Below, piece by piece: positions 8,927 through 20,852 of a stretch of 40,207 nucleotides of DNA (position 1 is the stretch's first letter; each line of letters opens with the position of its first letter). Source of the DNA: Enterobacteria phage CUS-3; the sequence record CP000711. The stretch is one strand, 5' to 3'. The position numbers were made by a program, and so were the translations under genes. The notes beneath the pieces are model-generated. The model saw only the letters and a program-made list of their open reading frames with translations, was not told the DNA's origin and did no database searches.

Positions 8927-11086
8927 TTACTCCTGTGCCATTCCGCTTAGCGACGCTACAATGCCAGCCCTCGCTAAGCGATTGAACTCTTCGTTTCCAA
9001 CTGCATCGCGTATTGCTTTTACGGCGGCTTTATTTGCCATAAATCTGCGTTCCGCCGCCGCTAATGCTTCTTTACTTCCGCCAGCTCTTACTGCTTTCGT
9101 GGCTTCCTGAACTGCTTTCTCTATCGCATACCGACCACTACGTGTGGTGGCAATTTTAGATACAGCACCTTTTAGCCCGGCGCCAACTAAAGCACCTGCG
9201 GCAGCGCCTGCAATGCCCCCTCCTGCTCCACCAACAATGGCACCTGATGTTGAATTGGCAATTGCATTTAACACTGTTGATGTGACGTTGGATAAACCGG
9301 CATCCAGATCGCGTAGTACATTGGCAGTTCTCCCTGTTCTTTCAATATACTGCTGAGGTTTCACTGCTGCTCTTGCAAGAGTGCCATATGCATCTGCAAT
9401 TCTTCCAAGCTCTGAGGAATATCGGCTAATGGCTTTTACATTTTGTGGAGTGAGTATCTCTGCGATATGGTTAATTCCTGCTGCATCAGCTTTACCACCA
9501 CGTACACCATGCGAGATAGCATCTTGCAACATTGATGATATAGCAGGAACACGCTCTGATTCTGGCAGCGCGCGGATCATAGAATGGAATCCAGCAGGAC
9601 CATTAAGACCTTTAGCTGACGATGATTGAAGGGATTTTACTCCATTCGTAATCAGTGCATCTGTTGCCAAATCACGCCCGAAAACAGACTCTGCACTCTC
9701 TTGTGCTGATAACCTCGCTTTAGACAGATCATTAGCTTTTTGCCAGTCATCAAGAAATCCGCCGTTTTCCGCCATTGTGCGCATATCATCAGTAATTGCC
9801 CGGCGTATTTCCCCTGCTCTCCTTGCCGCATTTGCCTCTCCGCTACGCTTATATTTTTGCTCCGCATCAGCAAATTTCGCTCTCCATGCTTTCATGCCGT
9901 CAAATGTTACTCCACCTTGATTGTTTGCCTGAACAAACTGTTTCATTTCAGGAGTAAGCGGTATGCCGGCAGATCGCTCTGCCTGAATAACGGCATTACC
10001 ATTTAGCATTCTTGCTTTTTGATTTGGCATTGTTGACCGCACGTCATCCCATGCCGCGCGCTCGGCATCCTTCATCTGATCAAGATTTTGAAGAATCCTT
10101 TGTTTTATAGCCGCACTTTTTTCTGATGCCGTTCCAGATGCGGCCCCAAATTCATCAAGGTTTCGACTTAACTTTGATGATATTTCGTTAAATGCTGCCT
10201 GATGGGCGTCCTGAACAATTCCTGGTGTTGATGCCAATGCGCCTTCGGCTTGTGCAATTCCACGACTTCCAGATCGCATTCCTGGTGTTAATGCGTTTAT
10301 ATCAATTCCAGCAGACTCAGCCGCTTTTGCTACATCTTCGGACACATTAGCGGCCTGACTGGCAATTGACTGACGCCCAGCACCTGACTTTGCCATCCTA
10401 GAAACATCATTAGCAGAATTCAGTGCTGCACCACCAAGAGCCTGTGAAACCCTTGGCGCAATAACGCGCCCGACACCTGAAAGAACGCCTTGAGCACCAA
10501 TATTGATACCACCGTTAATGGCAGCATTTTGTGCAAAGTCGCCCTCCTGATTTGCAGCATCAGCAAGAGAACCTGCAATCATGTTTCCGGCGGAACCGAT
10601 ATCTCCAGCGAGCTTTGCTGTCGCTCCAGCAGCTTTTGCCGCTGTGCCAATTGGCAGGAGATACCCACCAATTGTTTCACCGGCTTGCGCGTAAGGGTCT
10701 GTCGGTCGCTCGGCAGGGCGATAAACATCATCCAAAACCTTGGGGCCGCCAAGCCCCTGGCTGATTGCATTAATCAGACTTGCGCCACCCTGCAATACGT
10801 CAAATGGTATGTTTACCAGACCACGACCAGCCTGTTCTGCAATTTGCCCTGCACTTTGACCACCTGTGAGCCAATCACCAGCTTGTTGCATCAATGATGG
10901 TTCTTCTTTCTGCTGCTGAGGCGGAGGGTATGCTGCATAAAACTGATCTCTTGCTTCAGCCCATTTGTCACCAGCCTTAGGGGCAACAACCTCATCAAAA
11001 TATTGCGCTTGAGCCTGTGCTTTCTGTTCTTCAGTTAACGCCTGATACTGTGGAGAAGCGATAACATCTTTCCATGCTTTAGCCAT
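8927..11086 (-). CDS. Ejection (injection) protein, P22 gp16-like
   Basis: 719 aa, Ala/Gly-rich; position after gp20/gp7 homologs in P22 gene order. Confidence 0.7.
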   Translation of the reverse strand: MAKAWKDVIASPQYQALTEEQKAQAQAQYFDEVVAPKAGDKWAEARDQFYAAYPPPQQQKEEPSLMQQAGDWLTGGQSAGQIAEQAGRGLVNIPFDVLQGGASLINAISQGLGGPKVLDDVYRPAERPTDPYAQAGETIGGYLLPIGTAAKAAGATAKLAGDIGSAGNMIAGSLADAANQEGDFAQNAAINGGINIGAQGVLSGVGRVIAPRVSQALGGAALNSANDVSRMAKSGAGRQSIASQAANVSEDVAKAAESAGIDINALTPGMRSGSRGIAQAEGALASTPGIVQDAHQAAFNEISSKLSRNLDEFGAASGTASEKSAAIKQRILQNLDQMKDAERAAWDDVRSTMPNQKARMLNGNAVIQAERSAGIPLTPEMKQFVQANNQGGVTFDGMKAWRAKFADAEQKYKRSGEANAARRAGEIRRAITDDMRTMAENGGFLDDWQKANDLSKARLSAQESAESVFGRDLATDALITNGVKSLQSSSAKGLNGPAGFHSMIRALPESERVPAISSMLQDAISHGVRGGKADAAGINHIAEILTPQNVKAISRYSSELGRIADAYGTLARAAVKPQQYIERTGRTANVLRDLDAGLSNVTSTVLNAIANSTSGAIVGGAGGGIAGAAAGALVGAGLKGAVSKIATTRSGRYAIEKAVQEATKAVRAGGSKEALAAAERRFMANKAAVKAIRDAVGNEEFNRLARAGIVASLSGMAQE

Positions 11087-12435
11087 TAATCACCCCATAA
11101 AGACGAGAAACCGGACTTATTGCTGTCGCTTCCTGATTTTCGCTCACTAACATATGTGTCATAACCTGATGAACTATATCCCATTGATTCAGCCTCCCTT
11201 GCTGCAACCTTTTGAAATACAGAATATTGCGATCGGATTTCAGATAACTGTTTTCTGACGACCTCTTCAGGCTGTGTTATATCGAGTTTCGCGATCAGGT
11301 TTTCCAGTTTTTGGCCTTCAGCATTGGAGAGGCTCCCCATACCTCGCATAATCTGCACGTTCTGGACAAACGCACCCGACTTTAATTCTTCTATCGCATT
11401 ACGGTTTGCAAGCCCTTCAGCACTTGTGAAGCCATCTATATTTCTTCCTTCGAAGCGACCGATACCTTCAAGCTCCTTCTTACCAAGCAAAGAATCTATT
11501 TTCTCTATCCCTCGCTCACCAGTAATCAACGCATTGTTGTAATTATTGTTGCCATCAAGCCATCTCTTAGCCTGAGACATTCTGGCTGACGTTGCAGCTT
11601 TACCGGTTAGAGGATCAATTCCCGTCGCTGCTATCTGTGAGTTAAGAGACAAAACATCCATATCCTGAAGTTGTCCTGCTCTTTCAAGGGCCGCCTGTGA
11701 CTGCTTAAACACATACTTGTCGTGATTCAGTCTTGCCATTTGAGCCTTATAGGAAAGATCCTGCCCCCTAATAGCCCTCGCATTCGTCATGTCATTATTG
11801 CGAATGGTTTCGTTAATTCTTTGCTGCTCCTGCTGGCGACCAACCATCTTGTCCTGAACAGCAAACGCCTTTTCTGGTCCAAGCGCACCGAGAGACATAG
11901 TAGTCAGCATGTGTGATAGCTGCTCTGGATTCTGGATACCTGTCTGAATCATCCAATCAGCATTCGCCCCCACGCGATTTAACCTGTCCTTGTTGTCAGT
12001 AATGAATTTACTGTAGGCTTCCGGTCCCTGAGAAAGAGCGACGTTAGCCCTCATGGCTAAATCGCCCATATCGTTGCGTTGCTGCTCATTAAGACCGGAA
12101 AATGCCTGTTGTGCCTGCGCAACAAACGCTGGATTTTCCTTGGCAAACTTAAATAGTCCCGATGGATCACCAGAAGCCCATGCATCAGCATGAACCTTAT
12201 TGAACGCATTAATCGCTTTCTGTTGCTGGTCCTGCTTATAAATATCAGCAACTCCAGCCAGACCACGTAACGCGGTCAGACCAACGTTATTTGCACCTGA
12301 TTGAGCCAGTTCATTGTTTTCGCGGATCAGACCAAGCGTTGCGTTAATGTCGCTTGCCTTTGGCGCATTCTCATTTTGCGCACCAATTCCAGCCAGAAAA
12401 CCACCAGAATTAATACCCTGTTGCCACGTAGCCAT
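11086..12435 (-). CDS. Ejection protein, P22 gp20-like
   Basis: 449 aa; synteny with P22 7-20-16 block. Confidence 0.65.
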   Translation of the reverse strand: MATWQQGINSGGFLAGIGAQNENAPKASDINATLGLIRENNELAQSGANNVGLTALRGLAGVADIYKQDQQQKAINAFNKVHADAWASGDPSGLFKFAKENPAFVAQAQQAFSGLNEQQRNDMGDLAMRANVALSQGPEAYSKFITDNKDRLNRVGANADWMIQTGIQNPEQLSHMLTTMSLGALGPEKAFAVQDKMVGRQQEQQRINETIRNNDMTNARAIRGQDLSYKAQMARLNHDKYVFKQSQAALERAGQLQDMDVLSLNSQIAATGIDPLTGKAATSARMSQAKRWLDGNNNYNNALITGERGIEKIDSLLGKKELEGIGRFEGRNIDGFTSAEGLANRNAIEELKSGAFVQNVQIMRGMGSLSNAEGQKLENLIAKLDITQPEEVVRKQLSEIRSQYSVFQKVAAREAESMGYSSSGYDTYVSERKSGSDSNKSGFSSLWGD

Positions 12436-12445
12436 TGATTACCCC

Positions 12446-13138
12446 TTAAAACAACGAGCCAAGCAGACCAAGACCAGCACCGATACCAGCACCCCACGGA
12501 GTTGATAGCTCGAGAGCACTGGCTATGCCACCACCCAAAAGCGCACCGGATGCAGCACCACTAACACCCTGCCGCAATGCTGACGGTCGGTTGGCGTTTG
12601 CCGCTGCAAGAGCCGCGCTTTGCTGTGAAATCTGACTCATGTTGTTGGCATATGTTTGCCCGGCGTTTGCCTGCCCCTGAAGAGCGCCAAGACCGATATT
12701 TGCCAGGTTGTTGTAATTGTTCATTTGTCCAGATAGCCATTGCTGACCAAGCGTTGGTGCGATTGTTGCTAACTGATTACTGGTTGCGGTGGAACCCAAT
12801 CCACCTGTTGCTTCCGCTGCCGCCAGACTCTGATAGCGAGCCTGACCTGCAAGGTCTTTATACTGCTGAGAGTTGTAATACTGGTTAAGTGCCTGACCTT
12901 GCCCTTCCAGAGACGATAAGTTCTCAAGGCTGCCGACATACTTCCCAGCCAGAGGAGTAAACAGCTTCAGGTTGTTCATGATGGTGTTGAACTGCTGATT
13001 TTGCAGGTCTGCGGCATACTTCTGAGCTTCTGCTGCATACTTTGCGCTTTTATCAGAACTGCCACCTTTCCCGCCTTTTTCAGGGTAATAAGGTTCCTCG
13101 CCGCGCAGTTTTCTGCCCAGCGTAAATGCATATAACAT
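12446..13138 (-). CDS. Ejection protein, P22 gp7-like
   Basis: 230 aa (P22 gp7 is 229 aa); synteny. Confidence 0.65.
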   Translation of the reverse strand: MLYAFTLGRKLRGEEPYYPEKGGKGGSSDKSAKYAAEAQKYAADLQNQQFNTIMNNLKLFTPLAGKYVGSLENLSSLEGQGQALNQYYNSQQYKDLAGQARYQSLAAAEATGGLGSTATSNQLATIAPTLGQQWLSGQMNNYNNLANIGLGALQGQANAGQTYANNMSQISQQSAALAAANANRPSALRQGVSGAASGALLGGGIASALELSTPWGAGIGAGLGLLGSLF

Positions 13139-13140
13139 GG

Positions 13141-13596
13141 CTATCTCCCGTGATTCAGGAAGTCGATTAGTTCTTCGCGTGTGGCGCTGTAAAACGTCAC
13201 GTCATCCACGCCTTTGAAGTATTTCTTGATGGTTCCTACACGCTTAAGGCCAATCATTGCGCAGTACATCTGCCCGTGGCGGAATTTGCGTGCAGCAAAT
13301 GATGTGACGCACTGAACGGTGGTGTTGGTCAGAATGTATCGCCAGAACGCCAGCCCTATTTCCTTGCTGAAGCCGCGAATCTCTGGCAGGTACATGGCGT
13401 GGCAATCGAATGTAAGCGGCTGAATCTCCTGATAGTAAACAATGCCGCCAAACTGACCGTGCACGTTCACCTCAAAGTAACGGCAATCAGGTTTGTAGTC
13501 GTATCCATCACCGTTGTTGCTCCCGGCGATGATGTCAGGGTGATTTCCTACTGCTTCGATCAGGTCGATGTTTCGCGTTGGTTTGAATGTAATCAT
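13141..13596 (-). CDS. Head assembly / ejection accessory protein, P22 gp14-like
   Basis: 151 aa; position between tail needle and gp7 homologs. Confidence 0.55.
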   Translation of the reverse strand: MITFKPTRNIDLIEAVGNHPDIIAGSNNGDGYDYKPDCRYFEVNVHGQFGGIVYYQEIQPLTFDCHAMYLPEIRGFSKEIGLAFWRYILTNTTVQCVTSFAARKFRHGQMYCAMIGLKRVGTIKKYFKGVDDVTFYSATREELIDFLNHGR

Positions 13597-14297
13597 CAGT
13601 CAATCAGCCCATGTAATCTAAGTGCTGTTTCAAGCGCCAGAATACGCTGCCGCGCCTGCTCCAAACCTGTAGCGATAGCTGCGACTTCGGATTGTGTGTA
13701 CGTAGTGCCGACCGTGTATGACTGGTTAGCGTTGAATGAGCCAAGAAGTGGTGTGCCTGTGGCCGCTGTCCATCCGGTCTGCCTTGCTCCAACGACCTGA
13801 ATTCCATCAACTGAATATGATGTTTTTACATCCAGCGGTGACGCAAGAGACTGCGATTCTGTTACGGTTTTCGATACGTAATCACTCTTAATGTCAGATA
13901 TATCGCTTTCTACGCCATCCAGTCTTTGGTCAACAGTGACCAGATGCGCCTGAATATCGATAACCTCATCCAGCAAGTAATCAACATCGCTACGCAGTAC
14001 AACTATCTTCCCTTCGGCGGTTGTTAACCTGACCTCAAGGAGATTTATCGCTTTTGTGTTTGCGGTGATTCTTGCATCGTGGTCAGCCAGTTCGACATCC
14101 TGTTCATCGTTTTTCACCTGAGCATCGTAAGCGCCCTGACCAGCCTGATTTGCTTTCCCGGCAATTGCGCCGACATCAGCCCCCTGATTAATGACATACA
14201 GCAGGTAAGACTGGCTGAATATATTGCGTGGAAGGATTGATGTATCGAGCCGCGTCGCCTGCACAATAACAGGGGTGTTGAGATTCGAATCAGCCAT
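13596..14297 (-). CDS. Tail needle protein, P22 gp26-like
   Basis: [77 protein letters not shown] matches P22 gp26 N-terminus; start at internal ATG 14297 (TAATG overlap with upstream stop), ORF track frame extends to 14399. Confidence 0.8.
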   Translation of the reverse strand: MADSNLNTPVIVQATRLDTSILPRNIFSQSYLLYVINQGADVGAIAGKANQAGQGAYDAQVKNDEQDVELADHDARITANTKAINLLEVRLTTAEGKIVVLRSDVDYLLDEVIDIQAHLVTVDQRLDGVESDISDIKSDYVSKTVTESQSLASPLDVKTSYSVDGIQVVGARQTGWTAATGTPLLGSFNANQSYTVGTTYTQSEVAAIATGLEQARQRILALETALRLHGLID

Positions 14298-15715
14298 TAC
14301 TCGATCCTTATCTGGCAGCCAGACAGAGTGACAGGTGACTTCGTGATAACGCGCAATTTGAAGCCGACATTTTTCCTGATGCGCCCGACTCGCTTCCACA
14401 AAACGCGTTTGTCGTAAACAAACGGTTCATTCTGCTCAATCATCTGCTCACGACCGTAATTGATGCCGTCAGTGGTTGCAGAGAGAAAAAGGCGGTCGGC
14501 GTACTGCGCAACGCCAGTTGAAGATTCAACTTCAAGGTCGAAAACTCTGGCGTTATCCGCTTTGAACAGAGGAGTAAACAGCAGATGCTCCTGTTGCTTG
14601 TCGTACTGGCTGCTGATGTCGAATTGCAATTTCCCGGTCACGGACTCCAGCTTATCGCCGCACGTTATCTGATTGCCTTCGTAAATGAAGTCGATAGCGC
14701 GGTACACATCGTCATACAGACCTGTTTTCAGTACACACCATTGCGGAGCATTGGCGCTTGAAGATGCGTCGTATACGAGGACATGGCGCGGAAGATGGAT
14801 AATCAGCAGCTCATGCGCATCAAATCGCAGAGACTCCATCACACCATCAGCCAGTTCATCAGCAGTGTAGGAGCGAAGAATTTTCTCAATGCTCGCGCTG
14901 GCGATTGGTGACACCTGCCCGGAACCGATGATGTATACAGACGGCGCACCTGTTGCCGGATTGCTGATGAACGCATAGGAATCAGCGAATGGCGTTTTGC
15001 AATAGGTTCCGGCGATGCCTTTTTGCACCATCAGTGATGGCTGTGCGACATACAAAGCAGCACCAACGGTGGTTGCGCCAGTCAGGGAGAAATATTCAAT
15101 AGTCGATGAACCAAAGCAGACGATGAAGTCTCGCCATGTCCCGATACCGATGATGCCGTCCGGCTGCGATTCTGCGCGATATTGTGCACTGTATCGGTCA
15201 GGGTGCGATTCGTCTTCAAGGTCAGTGATAAACCATGAATCAGTTCCGTCTTTTGACCACGCATAACGCCCACGTAAGCGAGTAATGTCGCGAACTGAAC
15301 CTAACTCATACTGCGTGAATCCACTGTCTGTAGGCCAGTTTGAGACGGTTTTAACCGTGCCATCATAACGATACTCGACCAGTTGACCATTAACGCCTAC
15401 AGCCTGTGATGTTCGACCATGCGCCATTGATACGCGACCACTTCCGGCGACGTCACCGACTTCGCTTTCTCCTTTGTACAGCTTGCCGCCACACACGCGA
15501 TAAACAGCACTCTGCGCCATGTTGTACTCGACGCCGCGCGATATACCATTCACATCAGAACGTTTGGCAATGCCCGGGAATGAGCGAAGATATCCGCTGC
15601 TGTTCAGGATTTCTTTGGGCGTAGCCAACATATTCACTGGCAGATAGTCGATATAGTCGGCGTTTCGAAAGTCTTTGCCGACACCTTTCATAAGCGGAAG
15701 TTGCTGAATCGGCAT
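14297..15715 (-). CDS. Tail hub / head completion protein, P22 gp10-like
   Basis: 472 aa, same length as P22 gp10; synteny. Confidence 0.7.
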   Translation of the reverse strand: MPIQQLPLMKGVGKDFRNADYIDYLPVNMLATPKEILNSSGYLRSFPGIAKRSDVNGISRGVEYNMAQSAVYRVCGGKLYKGESEVGDVAGSGRVSMAHGRTSQAVGVNGQLVEYRYDGTVKTVSNWPTDSGFTQYELGSVRDITRLRGRYAWSKDGTDSWFITDLEDESHPDRYSAQYRAESQPDGIIGIGTWRDFIVCFGSSTIEYFSLTGATTVGAALYVAQPSLMVQKGIAGTYCKTPFADSYAFISNPATGAPSVYIIGSGQVSPIASASIEKILRSYTADELADGVMESLRFDAHELLIIHLPRHVLVYDASSSANAPQWCVLKTGLYDDVYRAIDFIYEGNQITCGDKLESVTGKLQFDISSQYDKQQEHLLFTPLFKADNARVFDLEVESSTGVAQYADRLFLSATTDGINYGREQMIEQNEPFVYDKRVLWKRVGRIRKNVGFKLRVITKSPVTLSGCQIRIE

Positions 15716-15724
15716 TTATTCACC

Positions 15725-16186
15725 TCACGTACTCGGATCATCTTTCTCGATGTAAAACCGATTCCACGTAAACGCGCTTTTGTTACCACTACCGCGAGGC
15801 ATGTCATTTCGCCGCTCAAGTGGTGGTATTTTGGTTAAAGCGATACAGATTGTCTGATATGCACTGTCAGCAGCGGTAAGGAGAGCGTCTGACGGCTGAA
15901 TGACGTTATCCATGCACACTTGCACAGCGAGTTTCAAAGCGACGCCATCATTTGCCCATGCAGGGATACCTGAATCATCGTCAGGTAACGGCATGATGCC
16001 GTTTTCTGTATCAGCAAACTGATATCCAAGCTCGATACCTTTAGCCTGCCATGCTGCCATCATGTCTTCGAGGTCATTAATGGCATCTTCAATTGCCTGA
16101 GGGTCAGCATCTGTCAACGTGGCATTGGAATACAGCCCGGCTTTTCGTAAAGCCTTTAGAACGAGATCACCCTTCGTTTTCGCCAT
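15725..16186 (-). CDS. Head-to-tail adaptor, P22 gp4-like
   Basis: 153 aa; position immediately after coat gene. Confidence 0.65.
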   Translation of the reverse strand: MAKTKGDLVLKALRKAGLYSNATLTDADPQAIEDAINDLEDMMAAWQAKGIELGYQFADTENGIMPLPDDDSGIPAWANDGVALKLAVQVCMDNVIQPSDALLTAADSAYQTICIALTKIPPLERRNDMPRGSGNKSAFTWNRFYIEKDDPST

Positions 16187-16355
16187 CTTCTTCCGCCTTA
16201 GCCACTTTTTGCTTCGTTGCGGTTTCTTCAGGAGTTTTTACCCAACCTTTTTTCAGGTGAGATTTAACTTCTTCGTCATCAACAATGACGTAATCGACAG
16301 CAAACTGACCACAGGTGATCATGTTGCCAGGCTTATAGAGCATTGTTCGTGCCAT
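16167..16355 (-). CDS. Small hypothetical protein between coat and gp4
   Basis: 62 aa from ATG at 16355 preceded by GGGAGAAG RBS; ORF track frame extends to 16394. Confidence 0.4.
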   Translation of the reverse strand: MARTMLYKPGNMITCGQFAVDYVIVDDEEVKSHLKKGWVKTPEETATKQKVAKAEEDGENEG

Positions 16356-16396
16356 TGTCTTCTCCCAATAAAAATGGGGCCGAAGCCCCACCAAAA

Positions 16397-17650
16397 TTAC
16401 TGCCCGGCAATAACGATGCCCGTATATTCAGGAACAAGTACAGAGCAACCGTACAGAGTGGTGAAACGAGCAGTGGTTACGCCTTTGATGTGGTCGAAGG
16501 CATAAGACATGATCAGCGTAGCGCCCTGCTCGGTGGTTGCTGTCATTACCTGTGGACCCTGACCTGTCGGGAATGCCAGTTTGCCGTACATCAGCTCAAC
16601 AGAACCATCAGCCCAGAAGAGGTTAGCAGGTGCTGCGTTCTTGTTGAGAATGGTGATTGCTGCTGATTCTGCCGGTTTGGCATCGACGTTTGCATATGGA
16701 CGACTCGCAACATCAGTATTTTCAACAGGGAGAATCTTTGGAGAAATTGTTACGGTAGTTCCGCTAACAGCCAGAACACGGAATACCTGCGGTTGACCGG
16801 TGGTATCTTTTGTGATCTGGTGTACGGAATTCACACCGGCAATGGTGAACGCATCACCAACCTGCAAGCCAGATGCAGATACCGTAATAGTCCCCTGTCG
16901 GTTATCAACTGGCATACCATTTGAATCTTTCGCTTCAACCTTGTGTTCAGGTTGGCCTGATACTGTCAAGGATTCAGTGCTTCCTTTCGGTAATCGACCA
17001 GAAATATCGGTCTTGTAGCTATCGAAGGACGCAACCGGAGGGATTTGCGCTTTTTCGTATGCTGTCAGGGTTGCGCCCTGAGCATAGGCACGGTGACCAA
17101 GCTCGCCAGCAAGGTCTTTGTAGTTGAAGGGGTTCCAGAAAGAGCGACGGTTGATACCCTGAGGTACACCAATCGCCGTCATGGTGGCATCAATACCTGC
17201 CGCACAGTTCCACAAATCACGGCCCTGTGTACCTGCGGTTGAGTCAGCCATCGTGATCACGTTAGTAGCACGCTGCGTGACCATGGAAATCAGGTCAGAG
17301 TCAATCTGTGCAGCAAGGCGCATACCTGCGGCGCGACCAGCTTCAGTTTTATGTTCCGGATCACGCATTTCACGCGCATCCAGAGTGTACAGAATGTTTT
17401 TCGGCTCCTTGAACACTGAAGGAACAAGGCGCTGAACCAGTGCTGTTGGCGTTTTGCTGCTGAGGTCGAGGCCTTCCTCAATATTCATGTGGTAATGCTG
17501 CGGACGATACAGAACATCACCTGCTCGCTGCATTGCTGTATCACCGGGACGGAATTTTTTAGCGTTACGGGAAACTACGCAGGCGGCCTCAAAGCCTTCA
17601 ACGTAGTTTTCGAACATGATTTCAAGGTCTTTTGCTAATTGGTTAGCCAT
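16397..17650 (-). CDS. Major coat protein, P22 gp5-like
   Basis: 417 aa; C-terminal region (NLFWADGSVELMYG...) resembles P22 coat; follows scaffold gene. Confidence 0.8.
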   Translation of the reverse strand: MANQLAKDLEIMFENYVEGFEAACVVSRNAKKFRPGDTAMQRAGDVLYRPQHYHMNIEEGLDLSSKTPTALVQRLVPSVFKEPKNILYTLDAREMRDPEHKTEAGRAAGMRLAAQIDSDLISMVTQRATNVITMADSTAGTQGRDLWNCAAGIDATMTAIGVPQGINRRSFWNPFNYKDLAGELGHRAYAQGATLTAYEKAQIPPVASFDSYKTDISGRLPKGSTESLTVSGQPEHKVEAKDSNGMPVDNRQGTITVSASGLQVGDAFTIAGVNSVHQITKDTTGQPQVFRVLAVSGTTVTISPKILPVENTDVASRPYANVDAKPAESAAITILNKNAAPANLFWADGSVELMYGKLAFPTGQGPQVMTATTEQGATLIMSYAFDHIKGVTTARFTTLYGCSVLVPEYTGIVIAGQ

Positions 17651-17668
17651 GCTTAATGCTCCAATAGG

Positions 17669-18562
17669 TTATTTTTTTGCCTTTTTAGCGGCGAAATACG
17701 GCGTCCAGTCACCAGTTTCCAGCGCCTTGGCTTTCAATTTGTCGAGGTTGTTGATTACTGCGCCGTTGCTCCCCTTAACCGTCGGGGTTGTGGCTGCCGT
17801 GGTTTTTGCTTTTGGCATGATTCTGGCCTTCGATTCGATACGTTCCAGCAGACGACCAATTGCTACGGGGTTGGTAGCTTCTGCCAGTTGCTTGCGCAGT
17901 TCAGCGTTGCGACCAAGCGCCAGAACAACGATTTCCGGCTTCTCTGACTCAAACAGGATCGCGTTTTGTGTCTCGATGGGGATTTCCTCGAGTACGGCCT
18001 GCTCAGCTTCCTGATAGCCAGGAACTTTGAGAGCCTTAACACGTTGCTGATATTTGGATAATCGCTCTTGATAGGCAGCCTGAAGCTCCTGCTCCTTCTG
18101 CTTGCGAGCCATCTCCTGTTGCTGGTACTTGCCATTATCCTCTGCCCACTTAGCCATGCGTTGCTGGTAGATTTCTTCATCGAAACCGATGTCCTCATCA
18201 TCCAGTTTTGGCATTCGCGGTGGTTGAGTGATTACCGGCTGCTGCTCGACGGGTTTCTGAGACTGACGCATCAGCTCTTTCAGCTCGCGGTCTTTCTCTT
18301 TAATCGTCTTGCGCAGGTGTTTTACCAGTCCATGCTCAGCGCCATCTTCGCTGGTTGGCGAATCCAGCTTTTCGTCACCAAAGTAGAATTCCTGTTCTGA
18401 TTCGTCGTCATCAGTTTCAGTAGCCTCCTCTGCATCATTGCCTGAGGACTCACTGCCATCTTCTGTTTCGACTTTTTCAGCCAGTTCGACATCATCAGGA
18501 ATCTGCTCTGACGCGTCGGTTTCGATTTCAACTTCTGGTGTGTTTTCTGCCATCTGGTCCAT
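17669..18562 (-). CDS. Scaffolding protein, P22 gp8-like
   Basis: 297 aa, highly acidic N-terminus, charged helical body; between portal and coat. Confidence 0.7.
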   Translation of the reverse strand: MDQMAENTPEVEIETDASEQIPDDVELAEKVETEDGSESSGNDAEEATETDDDESEQEFYFGDEKLDSPTSEDGAEHGLVKHLRKTIKEKDRELKELMRQSQKPVEQQPVITQPPRMPKLDDEDIGFDEEIYQQRMAKWAEDNGKYQQQEMARKQKEQELQAAYQERLSKYQQRVKALKVPGYQEAEQAVLEEIPIETQNAILFESEKPEIVVLALGRNAELRKQLAEATNPVAIGRLLERIESKARIMPKAKTTAATTPTVKGSNGAVINNLDKLKAKALETGDWTPYFAAKKAKK

Positions 18563-18652
18563 TTGTTACCCCTGTTTACTCGATGTTCAGCCCATCGGAA
18601 GGCAATAGGGTGCCAGGCCTCATAAAGACAGCCATTGCACGTTATGGGTTAA

Positions 18653-20851
18653 TTACTGCTGTGGTTGTTGCTGAGTTGATTTTTGCAGGATGCTGCTGAT
18701 GTCCATGCGCTGCGCATGGCCCTGTGCCTGACTTTTCAGGACAAGCTCTGCATCAGCACGGGCATTGTCTCCTTGCTGTTGCTGGAACTGTCCGAGCAGT
18801 TTCAGAGCCTCGCGGATATCAGATTTCTGCTGGCTATCGGCAGATGCGAGGATTTTCACAACATTTGCCGCTGCAACCTGAGCATCAGTCTGTGCCTGGA
18901 ATGCTTTAACCTGAATGGCTGCCTGCTCGTTCTGCGCTTTCTGCAATTCAGCCTGACCAGCAAGAAGCTGACCTTGCGCAGCAACCATAGCCGGATCTGG
19001 CTGACTGGCCTGTTGTTGTTTCGCCTGCTCAACCATCTGCTGTTCTTCTGGCGTTCTCGGCTTGATAACTCCAGACAGAAGCAACTGATTGCGGTTGTAT
19101 TCTTTAAGGTCGTCCATCCCTTCGCCGTCCATATTGTCGAGGATCATCGACGATACAAGGTCGTGTTTCGGCGTTCCGGGCGGGATAAGTGCCAGCATGG
19201 AAAGTAACGACTTAACCGTTGCGTCACGGCGAGTAGCGAACGACTGACCGACATCGACAGTCACTTCATAGTTACCCTGCGAAAGGTCGTTAAGCGCGAT
19301 AACCTGCCCTGTCTGACGGTCAACCACTTCACCAGTCATCAGCGCCACGTCATCGCTGCCGTCCTCATTAACGATACGCATCGGCGTATCGCTGCCATAG
19401 ACTTCACGAGCCATAGAAAGCCACACAACGCCAGCGCGACGCATGGATTTAGCCATGTTGTCCATGTAGATATAGGACTGCGTATCCATCCGGTTAAAGA
19501 TGCTATCAACGGTATCGGTAGCAACGTTGCTCGGCATGTTCTCAAGCTGCGACGCACCTGTAATTTGCTGAATAGCCGTTCCGGTGTACTGCAATAGCCC
19601 GGCAAGAGCTGGAGGCATTTGTGTCGGAGGCGTATAACTGCTGACCTGAGCCTGCGCAGTAATATCTCCGTTTTTGTTTTTCAGACTGACCATCGGCAGG
19701 AACGCCGGGCGCTTTTTGTTGCGCTCCGCCCAATGAGTAGCGAGAGGACCAGGAATCATGTCAACATCAACTACAGGAATGCCATCACCGCCAGCCTGAG
19801 TAGCGTTATCTGCAATCATGGAAACCATCAGGTTCTCAAGACGCTGTGCATCCATCGCTTTTGCTGCGTGGCCTTCGATTCGTTCCTGATTATCAACAAA
19901 TGAGCGACGTCCATATACCGGGATGAGAGGAATATGTTCGCCCGGAATACGCTTCGGTTCTTCCAGCCATTCAGCGCCAGACAGAAGGCCGCAATAAACG
20001 CGGCGTTTCTTCACCGTTCGCTCGCCAATCAGTTCGAATGCACCATCGGTCAGCTCGTCGACAATATCTTTGATTTGCTCTTCATCATAGATTGCCGTTT
20101 CTCCGCTAACAGGGTTGCGCCATGCCGTGAGCTTCACCTTCTCTATGCGAACTTCGTAGTAGCGCCCAACATAGATGGCATCTGGCGTTGACCAGTCATA
20201 TTGAGTGCCAGTCTCATCACGAGAAAGGCCTGCCGCGATGGAATCAGGGTATTCAGCCTCGAACGCTTTAGGCGTCATGGAGAACATTTCCATAGCCCAC
20301 ATAGCATCAGAACGGTCATATTGCTTGCTGTCCTGATCGAAGAAGACGCATGTCGCTGGGTCGTAAACAGGAAGAAGGCTGATGCGTCGCTGCTCGTTAC
20401 TTGGGTCCATTTCATCTTCGTAATCGGCACACATGCGGAAACAACCGAATCCGCCCGTTACAGCATCATCAAATGCGTTATCACACGCTTCGCCACCTGA
20501 TGTTTCCTGATAGTCAGCGCGGAATTTGCCGTTCATCTTTTTGGCTAACGCTTCCGATGCCTTGTCATCCTTCGGCCTGAATTTAACGCTGATGCGATTC
20601 TGTCGATACTCGCCAATGATGCGATCACATTCACGGGCAATCTTATTCAGTTCAAAGCGCGGGTAATGCTCAAACCTGCCTTCATCAAATGAGTAACCAG
20701 CGTTTGTGCTGCCTTCCCACTGTGCGCCGGATACCCGGACGAAACGTTGAGCCTCAATAATCTGCTCACGCATATCCTGCGTTGCTGACCAGGCATTATC
20801 AAAGTTGCACAGCACCTTGCGATGCCAGTCAGTCATCTTTTTTTCTGCCAT
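18653..20851 (-). CDS. Portal protein, P22 gp1-like
   Basis: 732 aa; conserved stretches (KKRRVYCGLL, TPEEQQ, DPAMVAAQGQLLAGQAELQKAQN) match P22 portal. Confidence 0.9.
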   Translation of the reverse strand: MAEKKMTDWHRKVLCNFDNAWSATQDMREQIIEAQRFVRVSGAQWEGSTNAGYSFDEGRFEHYPRFELNKIARECDRIIGEYRQNRISVKFRPKDDKASEALAKKMNGKFRADYQETSGGEACDNAFDDAVTGGFGCFRMCADYEDEMDPSNEQRRISLLPVYDPATCVFFDQDSKQYDRSDAMWAMEMFSMTPKAFEAEYPDSIAAGLSRDETGTQYDWSTPDAIYVGRYYEVRIEKVKLTAWRNPVSGETAIYDEEQIKDIVDELTDGAFELIGERTVKKRRVYCGLLSGAEWLEEPKRIPGEHIPLIPVYGRRSFVDNQERIEGHAAKAMDAQRLENLMVSMIADNATQAGGDGIPVVDVDMIPGPLATHWAERNKKRPAFLPMVSLKNKNGDITAQAQVSSYTPPTQMPPALAGLLQYTGTAIQQITGASQLENMPSNVATDTVDSIFNRMDTQSYIYMDNMAKSMRRAGVVWLSMAREVYGSDTPMRIVNEDGSDDVALMTGEVVDRQTGQVIALNDLSQGNYEVTVDVGQSFATRRDATVKSLLSMLALIPPGTPKHDLVSSMILDNMDGEGMDDLKEYNRNQLLLSGVIKPRTPEEQQMVEQAKQQQASQPDPAMVAAQGQLLAGQAELQKAQNEQAAIQVKAFQAQTDAQVAAANVVKILASADSQQKSDIREALKLLGQFQQQQGDNARADAELVLKSQAQGHAQRMDISSILQKSTQQQPQQ

Positions 20852-20852
20852 A

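Noticed and set aside
9144..10006. Several + strand ORFs (70 to 88 aa) and a minus-strand 73-aa ORF inside 8927..11086
   Set aside because: Embedded within or antisense to the ejection protein gene; Ala/Pro-rich artefacts of GC-rich coding sequence
18683..19207. 174-aa + strand ORF
   Set aside because: Lies antisense within the well-supported portal gene
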